From assembly GCA_965262555.1 (NCBI GenBank), contig OZ253543.1:2691218-2755217 (forward strand): a stretch of 64,000 nt of DNA, in the 5' to 3' direction. Shown piece by piece: positions 26,778 through 34,451 of this stretch (the stretch's first letter is position 1; the number at the start of each line of letters is the position of its first letter). This DNA is from Vicinamibacterales bacterium. GTDB lineage: Bacteria > Acidobacteriota > Vicinamibacteria > Vicinamibacterales > UBA8438. A program made the translations under genes and the position numbers. The notes under the pieces are model-generated. The model was not told the origin of the DNA. It saw only the letters and a program-made list of their open reading frames with translations, and made no database searches.

Positions 26778-27575
26778 ATGAAGGTGATTACTTGGAACGT
26801 CAACAAGGCCAGCCTCTCCCGCGGCGGCGTATGGACGATGCTGGAACAAGAAGATGCGGACATCGTGCTGCTGCAGGAAGTGACCAGGATTCCTGACGAG
26901 ATTCTGAGACGCTACAACTGCCATGCGCGGTTTCCGAAGTTCTTTGGCGGTCACAACGCACGATTCCAGACGGCAGTTCTCTCCAGGTGGAGGATGAACA
27001 CAACGCCGTTCCTGGCTTCCGAACTCGAGTGGGTCAACAAGATACAGAACACGCGCTACGGATGGATCCACGAGTGCGAGGTTGTCGACCGCGCAGGAAC
27101 AAGATGCCGCGTCGTTTCAGTCCACTCGCCCGCTTTTGCCGTTCCCCGGAAGGAGATCGGCGACGCTGATTTCCAGGCCATCAAGCTGAAGAACAATCCG
27201 AAGCTATGGTTTACCGAGATTCTCTGGTCGTTCTTGCGGAACGCGAACCTTGGCGACGGTACGAACTGGATCGTGGGCGGCGACTTCAACAGCTCGGTCA
27301 GATTCGACAGGCCGCGAAATCGGGGCAACCAGGAGATAATCGCCAGGTTGAACGCCCTCGGATTAACGGATTGCCTCTCGCACCACAACAAGGAACAGCC
27401 CGTGCCGACGTTTCAGCACACGAGCAAGAAGGTGCAAGACCAGCTCGACTACCTCTACGTGAACGCGCCGCTGCTCGGACGCCTGAAGAATGCGCGCGTG
27501 CCGGGCCGCGAGGAAGTGTTCGACGTGAGTCCGCGAGTGAGCGATCACCTTCCGATTGTGTGCGAATTCCACTGA
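26778..27575 (+). CDS. endonuclease/exonuclease/phosphatase (EEP, DNase I-like) family protein
   Basis: All EEP catalytic blocks are present: WNVN, LLQE, GGDFN, DYLY, SDHLPI. Hand-counted 60-nt lines give 47-55% G+C. Confidence 0.85.
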   Translation: MKVITWNVNKASLSRGGVWTMLEQEDADIVLLQEVTRIPDEILRRYNCHARFPKFFGGHNARFQTAVLSRWRMNTTPFLASELEWVNKIQNTRYGWIHECEVVDRAGTRCRVVSVHSPAFAVPRKEIGDADFQAIKLKNNPKLWFTEILWSFLRNANLGDGTNWIVGGDFNSSVRFDRPRNRGNQEIIARLNALGLTDCLSHHNKEQPVPTFQHTSKKVQDQLDYLYVNAPLLGRLKNARVPGREEVFDVSPRVSDHLPIVCEFH

Positions 27576-27661
27576 GGCCGGGCGGGATAGGCTTACATCG
27601 GCTTGAAGACGGACGGGGTCAATGGTCAATCGAGGCGGTTCGCCGGCAACGCGTCAACTCG

Positions 27662-28045
27662 CTACGCCGCCATCGTACGGATGCCGTAGAGTCGTATCCG
27701 GGCATCCCGGGTGACGAGAACGAGTCCTTCGATCTGCGCCTGAGCGATCAAGAACCGATCGAATGGATCACGATGGTGCGGCGGAAGGTTACCCGCCTGC
27801 TCCGCGTGGTGGAAGTTCAGGGGTAGATGAGTGAACCCTCTGTTCTCGATGACCTCCGAGAGGTTGTCCGGGGCGGTGATGCGCCCCTTTGCCCGCTTGA
27901 CCGAAACCTCCCACGCGGTGACGGCGCTTACAAAAACGTCGTTGTGGGCGTCTTCCAGCGCGTTGCGGGCGCGGGTGCTTAGCTTCTGCGGTTCAGCGAG
28001 CGACCACAGGAGCACGTGAGTATCCAGCAGGAGGCGCGCCACCAC
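27662..28045 (-). CDS. vapC: type II toxin VapC (PIN domain)
   Basis: LLLDTHVLLW...AWEV...DPFDRFLIAQA... is the classic PIN signature. Confidence 0.9.
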   Translation of the reverse strand: MVARLLLDTHVLLWSLAEPQKLSTRARNALEDAHNDVFVSAVTAWEVSVKRAKGRITAPDNLSEVIENRGFTHLPLNFHHAEQAGNLPPHHRDPFDRFLIAQAQIEGLVLVTRDARIRLYGIRTMAA

Positions 28046-28047
28046 TA

Positions 28048-28296
28048 CTAGTCGTCCGGAAAGATCCGCGACTGCTCGATCAGATCCATCAACTCTTCGT
28101 CCGGCTCGTCGAAGTCCGGAGCAATCCAGATCTGGCCTTCCAGCCCCCCGAGCTTGCGCTTGGCCTTCCGTTCGCGGTACGGCACCAGCCGCAGATATGG
28201 CTCGCCGGCCCTGGCGATTACAACATCCTCGCCTTCCCAGGCCGCCTTGGCGAGCCGCGAGAGCTGCGACTTGGCTTCGTGCATGTTCACCTTCAT
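28048..28296 (-). CDS. Phd/YefM family antitoxin
   Basis: MKVNMHEAKSQLSRL...VVIARAGEP is the Phd/YefM N-terminus. It ends 2 nt before vapC. GGAGG RBS at 28304-28308 (minus strand). Confidence 0.85.
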   Translation of the reverse strand: MKVNMHEAKSQLSRLAKAAWEGEDVVIARAGEPYLRLVPYRERKAKRKLGGLEGQIWIAPDFDEPDEELMDLIEQSRIFPDD

Positions 28297-28319
28297 CGAT
28301 CGGCCTCCAAGGTGTATAG

Positions 28320-28336
28320 CTAAGTCGGACTAAGTC
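28320..28336 (-). promoter_or_regulatory. direct repeat, possible antitoxin operator
   Basis: CTAAGTC-GGA-CTAAGTC lies about 25-40 nt upstream of the phd start. The central AGTCgGACT is near-palindromic. Confidence 0.25.
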
Positions 28337-28449
28337 TCTCTCGCTCGCCGCGTCCTGTCAACTCTCCGGCACTCCTACAACCTCCGGCGCCTGCGCCTTC
28401 CGATAGACTGCCCCTTCCTCGTGTTCCACCTCAGGTATCCGGTAGATCC

Positions 28450-28722
28450 ATGCAAGTGACGCGCGGCGCAGTCTCCATTCCCATGCTGGCGCTGGTGTGG
28501 GCCGGTGTGCTCGCCCCGTGCGCCGGCGTGGACGAAGATCCGGTCACCGGATCCACGCACTGCTGCCTGGGACCCTACTGGCAGCGAAAGCTCGGCCGGG
28601 ACGCATTCACGGCGTGGCAGGCGTCGGCGCGCGGCGGACTGATTCAGGTGGCCGTCCACGGAGACCGCGTCACGCTGTCAGGCCAGGCGGTCACGGTGCT
28701 GCGCGGCGAGCTGCTGGCCTGA
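28450..28722 (+). pseudogene. 3'-terminal remnant of a PhzF/PBLD-family isomerase gene
   Basis: ...LAPCAGVDEDPVTGSTHCCLGPYWQRKLGRDAFTAWQASARGGLIQVAVHGDRVTLSGQAVTVLRGELL matches only the last 70-75 aa of roughly 290-aa PhzF/PBLD proteins. No N-terminal part is present anywhere upstream. Confidence 0.6.
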
Positions 28723-28772
28723 GACACCGGGAACAGCGGATCGGTCGAGCGCCAGGGTCGTAGAATGAGGCC

Positions 28773-29450
28773 ATGTCTGACCTGCGCCTTCGTCCGGGGC
28801 TCGCCGAGCTGACTTCTCCCCTGCTCGCGATGCCGACTGGTCTCTTGCTGGCAGTGCTGACCGGTCTCTTGCTCACCGCGCCGATCGCGGCCCAGGACAC
28901 GACGCAACCGCGCCCGAAGGTCGCCCCCAGCGGGCGCGTGACGACGAGCGTGACGTTCGACGGGCGGGTGCTGCGCAACGGTGGCTGGTTCACCTTCACG
29001 CCGTCGCATTCGGGCCCCTCGCGGATCACCATCGACTACGGCCAGCCGCATGCGCGCGGCCGCACGATCTTCGGGGGACTGGTGCCCTACGGCGAGGTCT
29101 GGCGCCTGGGAGCGAACTGGGCAACGCGGCTGACGGTCGACTTCGACGTCCGCTTCGGCGATCTGGACGTGCCGCGAGGGGAGTACACACTCTTCATGCT
29201 CCCCCGCGACGATGGCGCCGAGCTGATCGTCAGCCGTCAGACCCGGCAGTGGGGCACCGACTACGACCCGTCCTACGACTTCGGCACGGCCCCGCTGGAA
29301 CGGCGGACGTTGGCGGAAAAGACCGAAAGCCTCGCCGTCACGCTGGAGCCGGACCTGCCGGCGGAACAGGGAGCCATCCCGTCCGGGAAGCTCCGCATCG
29401 CCTGGGGTGAAGCGGAGTACTTCACCGACTGGCGGATGCTCTGGCCCTGA
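28773..29450 (+). CDS. DUF2911-like exported protein
   Basis: Signal/anchor segment. Block GRTIFGGLVPYGEVWRLGANWAT...G.Y.LF.LP is typical of DUF2911. Confidence 0.7.
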   Translation: MSDLRLRPGLAELTSPLLAMPTGLLLAVLTGLLLTAPIAAQDTTQPRPKVAPSGRVTTSVTFDGRVLRNGGWFTFTPSHSGPSRITIDYGQPHARGRTIFGGLVPYGEVWRLGANWATRLTVDFDVRFGDLDVPRGEYTLFMLPRDDGAELIVSRQTRQWGTDYDPSYDFGTAPLERRTLAEKTESLAVTLEPDLPAEQGAIPSGKLRIAWGEAEYFTDWRMLWP

Positions 29451-30397
29451 TGCGCATCCGACTGCGGACGATCTGGCGCCGACACCGCCTCGTCGTCGTC
29501 CTGTCAGTCCTTGCGGTAGCCCTGATCGCGTACGTCGGCATTGCCCTGGCAGCCGCCGAGACGCTGACGAAGCCGCGCCGACGGTCGCTGGTCTCATCAC
29601 CTGCGGTCTTCGATCTGGTGTACGAGGAGGTGACGTTCGACAGCCGCGGCGACGGCATTCCATTGCGCGGCTGGTTCCTCCCCGCCCCGGGGAGCGACCG
29701 CGTGGTCGTCATTACCCACGGCCGCAACTCGACCCGCACCGGTGACGACGGCGAGTTGGTGCCGCACGCCGCGGCACTCGTCGCCGCCGGCTTCAACGCG
29801 CTGCTGTTCGACTTCCGCGCCCATGGAGAGTCGGACGGCGTGCGCTACACCCTGGGGTGGGCCGAGCAGCGCGACCTGCTCGCTGCCGTCGACGCCCTCA
29901 AGGGGCGGGGATTCAGACCGGACCGGATGGGATTCTGGGCGCACTCGATGGGCGCCGCCGCCGTGCTGCTGGCGTCCGCGACTTCGCCTGACGTGCGCAC
30001 GATCGTGGCCGACAGCAGCTTCGCCCGCCTCGACGATCTGCTCGCCCGGCAACTGCCCATGGCGAGCGGACTGCCCGGTTTCTTCAACCCGCCGATCCTG
30101 TTCTTCGCGCGGACGGTGTTCGATGCGGATACGTCCGTCGTCAACCCGGTGGAGGTCGTCGCGCGACTGCCTCCCGACTCGCTGTTCATCATCCACGCGG
30201 AGGCGGATCGGCTCATCCCGGTCGACCATGCCCGGCGCATCGCCGCCGCGGCCGGACCCGCCGTCTACGACCTCTGGATCTTCCCGGGCTCATCCCACGA
30301 CCGGGTGTCGGTCGACGCTCCGGACGAGTACCGGAAGCGCGCGTTGGCGTTCTTCGACGAGAAGCTGGCACCGATGCCGCCCCGGCATCAGGAGTGA
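29450..30397 (+). CDS. alpha/beta hydrolase, membrane-anchored
   Basis: N-terminal TM segment. HG oxyanion motif (ITHGRN). Nucleophile elbow AHSMG. Late D and H residues. The start overlaps the upstream stop (TGATG). Confidence 0.85.
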   Translation: MRIRLRTIWRRHRLVVVLSVLAVALIAYVGIALAAAETLTKPRRRSLVSSPAVFDLVYEEVTFDSRGDGIPLRGWFLPAPGSDRVVVITHGRNSTRTGDDGELVPHAAALVAAGFNALLFDFRAHGESDGVRYTLGWAEQRDLLAAVDALKGRGFRPDRMGFWAHSMGAAAVLLASATSPDVRTIVADSSFARLDDLLARQLPMASGLPGFFNPPILFFARTVFDADTSVVNPVEVVARLPPDSLFIIHAEADRLIPVDHARRIAAAAGPAVYDLWIFPGSSHDRVSVDAPDEYRKRALAFFDEKLAPMPPRHQE

Positions 30398-30509
30398 CCG
30401 CCCGGCCACACACCGTATGATCCCCATGTTGCTGCATCGGTTGCACCGACGGCGTTGGCGGGGCATCGACGTGCACCTGCGATTGCGCATGCGATCGGGA
30501 GGAAGAGAG

Positions 30510-31235
30510 ATGAGCAGAACGTCGAGACGGCCCAGTATGATGGTTGCGGCCTGCCTTGCCGGGGCAGTTCTCCTGACCGGTCCTGGCCTGGTCGAGGCCC
30601 AGCAACCACCCCACGAGCAGCATCGGGCGCAGGGGCATGACGCCCAGTCGCGGCACATGGAACATCGGTTCGACGACCCGGAGCGCTACGCGCAGACGTT
30701 CGACGACCCGGAGCGCGATGCGTGGCAGATGCCGGAGCGGGTCATCGACGCGCTGGACCTTGCGGCAGGTGAGCGCGTGGCCGACATCGGTGCTGGCACC
30801 GGCTACTTCACGGTGCGCCTCGCCCGGCAGACCGAGGCGCGGACCGTCTTCGCCGTCGACATCGAGCCCACGATGGTCGACTACGTGCGGGAGCGCGCCG
30901 CCGAGGCCGGCCTGGACCAGGTGGTCGGGGTCGTCGCGCAGGGCGACTCGCCGAATCTCCCCGAGGCGGTGGATGTGGTCCTGATCGTCAACACGTGGCA
31001 CCACATCCCCGACCGCGTCGCCTACTTCAGCGCCCTGCAGGATCGGCTGACGCCGGGTGCACGCCTTGCGATCGTCGACTTCCGGAAGGGCGCCCCGGGC
31101 GGAGGTCCGCCCGACGAGTTCCGCTTCACCCCCGACGAGATCAGCGACGAGCTCGCCCGCGCCGGCTTCGACCTGCGGTCGCGACACGACTTCCTCCCCC
31201 GCCAGAACTTCCTCATCTACGGCGTGAGGGAGTAG
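30510..31235 (+). CDS. class I SAM-dependent methyltransferase with N-terminal signal peptide and His-rich linker
   Basis: VADIGAGTGYFT motif I. Signal-like MSRTSRRPSMMVAACLAGAVLLTGPGLVEAQ. GGGAGGAAG RBS. This is only the 3' part of the 497-aa ORF. Confidence 0.85.
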   Translation: MSRTSRRPSMMVAACLAGAVLLTGPGLVEAQQPPHEQHRAQGHDAQSRHMEHRFDDPERYAQTFDDPERDAWQMPERVIDALDLAAGERVADIGAGTGYFTVRLARQTEARTVFAVDIEPTMVDYVRERAAEAGLDQVVGVVAQGDSPNLPEAVDVVLIVNTWHHIPDRVAYFSALQDRLTPGARLAIVDFRKGAPGGGPPDEFRFTPDEISDELARAGFDLRSRHDFLPRQNFLIYGVRE

Positions 31236-31263
31236 ACCGCGCGGTTCCGATCAGCCGGCGGCG

Positions 31264-31770
31264 CTACTGATCGGCGAGCGGAAGGAAGACCGAGATTCGG
31301 TCCTCGTTGCCGACGGCGCGGGAGATGTGGCCCTGGCCCGTGGTGTCTTCGGCCAGGAGGATGTGGCCGGGGTGGAGGCGGATTACCGAGCCATCGCCCA
31401 TTTCGACCTCGCTCTCGCCCTGGAGCGTGATGACGTACTGGCGGCGGGGTGCGGTGTGCCAGTCGATGAAGTAGTCGGGTGACGTGCGGCGGAACTGCAC
31501 GCTGGTCACATCCACCGGATCGGACAGTTCGGTGGCGCCGCGCTGCGTGGTGAGCGGGACGTCGTACTCCTCGGCGTGCGTCTTGCCGTCGTCCCCGGTG
31601 TAGATGCGGGTGACGCGGATCGGGGTGCGCTCCTGCGCCTGCGCGGCATCAGCAGCAAACCAGCCGACGTCGGCGACGACACCGATACCGAACGCGACGC
31701 CGCCAGCGAAACAGAGCGCCGGCAGCCAGGCAACGGCGAACGCGCGGTGCAACACCTGTCTCAGCATCAT
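31264..31770 (-). CDS. membrane-anchored cupin-like protein
   Basis: AGGAG RBS before ATG 31770. TM segment followed by a beta-rich domain (WHTAPRRQYVITL.G...GD). Confidence 0.6.
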   Translation of the reverse strand: MMLRQVLHRAFAVAWLPALCFAGGVAFGIGVVADVGWFAADAAQAQERTPIRVTRIYTGDDGKTHAEEYDVPLTTQRGATELSDPVDVTSVQFRRTSPDYFIDWHTAPRRQYVITLQGESEVEMGDGSVIRLHPGHILLAEDTTGQGHISRAVGNEDRISVFLPLADQ

Positions 31771-31930
31771 CTCTTCTCCTGCGCAGCGTCCATGGCGCGG
31801 AGCCGCGGATACCGTCCCGAAACCGGACGTGACGGCCGGCGAGGCGTCGGAAGCCACGGCAACGCCGGCCGTCGGGTCGTCAGTGTGTGCAACGGCGGAG
31901 CGGCACCGATGCCTTCCGCGCCCTGCCGCA

Positions 31931-33241
31931 TTACCGAAGTGGCCGGAAGAAGGCGCGGAGATCCTCCGTCAGTAGCTCCGGCACCTCCAGGGCCGCGAAG
32001 TGCCCTCCTTCGGAAAACTCCGACCAGTGCGTGACGTTGTAGGCCGCCTCGACCCAGGCCCGGGGCGGGATGGTGATCTCGTGAGGAAAGATGGCGGCGC
32101 CCGTCGGGTTCTCGACGTAGCGTGCCTCAATCCCCGGCGGCGTATTGCGCGACTCGTAGTAGAGGCGCGCCGACGACGTGCTCGTCTGGGTCACCCAATA
32201 GATGGTGATGTTGGTGAGCAGTTCGTCCTTCGTGAAACGGGCCTCTGGGTCGCCGTCGCAGTCGCACCAGGTCCTGAACTTCTCCACGATCCAGCCGGCG
32301 ACACCCGCCGGTGAATCGTTGAGGCCGTAGCCGAGCGTCTGAGGCTTCGTTCCCTGAATGTGGCTGTAGCCGCGCTCGCCATCGCCGAAGAATTCCCGGC
32401 GTTCGCGCATCCGCGCCAGCTCCTCCGGCGGGACGCCCGCTTCCGGATCCTCGACGCCCGCGGGCGGTTGCCCGAACACCATGTTCACGTGGAGACCGAT
32501 GACCTGCTCAGGAAACCGCTGCGGCACCCACCGGCCGATGATGGCGCCCCAGTCGCCCCCCTGGACACCATAGCGGTCGTAGCCGAGCCGTTCCATCAAC
32601 AGGCCCATGAGCTCCGCCATCTTGTCCGGGTTGTAGCCGCGGGCGGTCGGCTTGTCGGAGAAGCCGTAACCCGGGATCGACGGCGCAACGACGTGGAACG
32701 CGTCGGCCGCGTCGCCGCCGTAGGCCGTCGGATCGGTCAGCGGTCCGATCATCTTGTGGAACTCCATGATCGATCCGGGCCAGCCATGGATGATGATCAG
32801 CGGCACGGCGTCCTCGTGCGGCGACCGCTGATGGATGAAGTGCATGTCGAGCCCGTCGATCGTCGTGCGGTACTGATCGAACTCGTTCAGCATCGCTTCC
32901 TGCGCGCGCCAGTCGAAGTCGTTGCGCCAGTAGTCGAGGAGTTCCTCCAGGTAGGTCCGTTCCGTGCCGTAGTCCCATCCCGTGCCGGGGATTTGATCCG
33001 GCAGGCGCGCCCCATCGAGCCGTGCGTGCAGGTCATCGAGGACAGCGTCCGGCACGTCGATCGTGAACGGCCGGATCGCCTCCGGGTCGCCGGTCGTGTT
33101 CGCCGGCAATTCCATGACCGGCGGCGGCCCTGCCGCCGCGCCCTCATCGGCATCGGACATGTCAGACGCGCAGCCGGCGGCCGCCAGGGCCACCAGCAGC
33201 AGGAACGGGAACGAGTGCGACGCTATCTGTCGTTTCATCAC
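31931..33241 (-). CDS. epoxide hydrolase (microsomal EH-like, EHN N-terminal domain), lipoprotein
   Basis: Lipobox AAAGC. The EHN block (F.I.V.D..L.DL..RL...R.P) is followed by HGWPGS and GGDWG alpha/beta-hydrolase motifs. Confidence 0.85.
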   Translation of the reverse strand: MMKRQIASHSFPFLLLVALAAAGCASDMSDADEGAAAGPPPVMELPANTTGDPEAIRPFTIDVPDAVLDDLHARLDGARLPDQIPGTGWDYGTERTYLEELLDYWRNDFDWRAQEAMLNEFDQYRTTIDGLDMHFIHQRSPHEDAVPLIIIHGWPGSIMEFHKMIGPLTDPTAYGGDAADAFHVVAPSIPGYGFSDKPTARGYNPDKMAELMGLLMERLGYDRYGVQGGDWGAIIGRWVPQRFPEQVIGLHVNMVFGQPPAGVEDPEAGVPPEELARMRERREFFGDGERGYSHIQGTKPQTLGYGLNDSPAGVAGWIVEKFRTWCDCDGDPEARFTKDELLTNITIYWVTQTSTSSARLYYESRNTPPGIEARYVENPTGAAIFPHEITIPPRAWVEAAYNVTHWSEFSEGGHFAALEVPELLTEDLRAFFRPLR

Positions 33242-33276
33242 TGGCCTCCAATCTGTTCGTCTGTCTGATGCCGGCG

Positions 33277-34344
33277 CTACGGCCCCGGCAGCACGCCCTC
33301 GGTGGAGAGGGCGATGCGGTAGATCCCCGTGCGGCCGGCCATGTACAGCGTGCGGCCGTCGTCGCCCCAGCCGACGTTCGCCGGCGCCTCGTTCGGCATG
33401 ATGGTGCCGAGGTGGGTGCCGTCAGGGGCAATGACCCAGACGCCACCCGGCCCGGTTGAGAAGACGTGACCGGCGCGGTCCACCTTTAAGCCGTCAGGCG
33501 CTCCCTCGGCGGTCTCGTCGGTAAAGTCGTAGAAGATTCGGCCGTTCGACGCCCCGTTCTCGTCAAGGTCATAGGCGTACAGGACCGAGTGCCCCTGTTG
33601 GGGGTTGGCGACATACAGGACCGAGTCGTCGGGCGAAATCGCGATACCGTTCGGACGGGGTTGGTCGCGTACCAGCAGCTCGAGCTCGCCGTCCGGGTGC
33701 AGGCGATAGACGCCGTTGAAGTCGAGCTCGCGCAGCGGTGATTCCTCCTGGCCCTCCAGCGCGTAGGAGGGATCGGTGAAGTAGAGCGATCCGTCCAAGC
33801 CGTACGTCAGGTCATTCGGAGTGTTGAGGCGGCGCCCCTCGTAGTTGTCCACGAGCGTCGTCCGGGTGCCGTCCGCCTCCAGCCGCGAGACGCGCCGGTT
33901 GCCATGCTCGCACATGACGAGCCGTCCCTCGGCATCGAGCGTCAGACCATTCGACGAGATCATGACGAGACCCTCCCGATCCCCTTCGAACACGGGTTCG
34001 AGAAACGTACTGGCGCCCTCCGCCTCCGTCCACTGATAGATGGCGTTGCCCCGGACATCGGAGAAGAGGAGACGCGACTCGCCCCGGATCCAGACCGGTC
34101 CCTCTGTGAAGACGAATCCGTCGGCCAGATGCTCGATCTGCGCACCGGTCGGCACCAGCGCATCGAGGCGCGCGTCAACACGCAGGATGCTGCCCGCGCC
34201 CGCCGCCTCGGTCACCGGACCCGCGTCGGCCGGCTCCTCCATCGGGGGCGCCGGTTCACCGCCGCCGCAGGCCGCCGCGCCCGCCGCCACGGCCAGCGCC
34301 ACCAGCCCCGTCCTCAGCATGGTCATTATTGTGTCGTATCGCAT
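33277..34344 (-). CDS. SMP-30/gluconolactonase/LRE family lipoprotein
   Basis: Lipobox GAAAC. FTEGPVW, NDL..d..G.lYFTD and PNGIA blocks. Confidence 0.85.
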   Translation of the reverse strand: MRYDTIMTMLRTGLVALAVAAGAAACGGGEPAPPMEEPADAGPVTEAAGAGSILRVDARLDALVPTGAQIEHLADGFVFTEGPVWIRGESRLLFSDVRGNAIYQWTEAEGASTFLEPVFEGDREGLVMISSNGLTLDAEGRLVMCEHGNRRVSRLEADGTRTTLVDNYEGRRLNTPNDLTYGLDGSLYFTDPSYALEGQEESPLRELDFNGVYRLHPDGELELLVRDQPRPNGIAISPDDSVLYVANPQQGHSVLYAYDLDENGASNGRIFYDFTDETAEGAPDGLKVDRAGHVFSTGPGGVWVIAPDGTHLGTIMPNEAPANVGWGDDGRTLYMAGRTGIYRIALSTEGVLPGP

Positions 34345-34451
34345 GTCGTGCTCCATCTCAGAACATGGCACTCGGGTTAACGGGCGAACCGTTGCCATGA
34401 TGCGCATCCTATTCCACTGCTCGCTCGCGTCCAGTGCTGGCTCGCGGTCTG

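Noticed and set aside
25667-28340. Possible terminal inverted repeats of the island (AGTCCTGAC at the left versus the reverse complement AGTCCGAC at the right).
   Set aside because: Only about 8 nt match, with an indel, which is well within chance for a 3-kb interval. I found no longer direct or inverted repeats by eye, and a computational check is still needed.
29742-30509. The 5' two-thirds of the 497-aa ORF 29742..31235.
   Set aside because: It overlaps the alpha/beta-hydrolase gene out of frame and has Arg/Ser/Pro-rich composition. Only the methyltransferase part from ATG 30510 (with an RBS) is credible.
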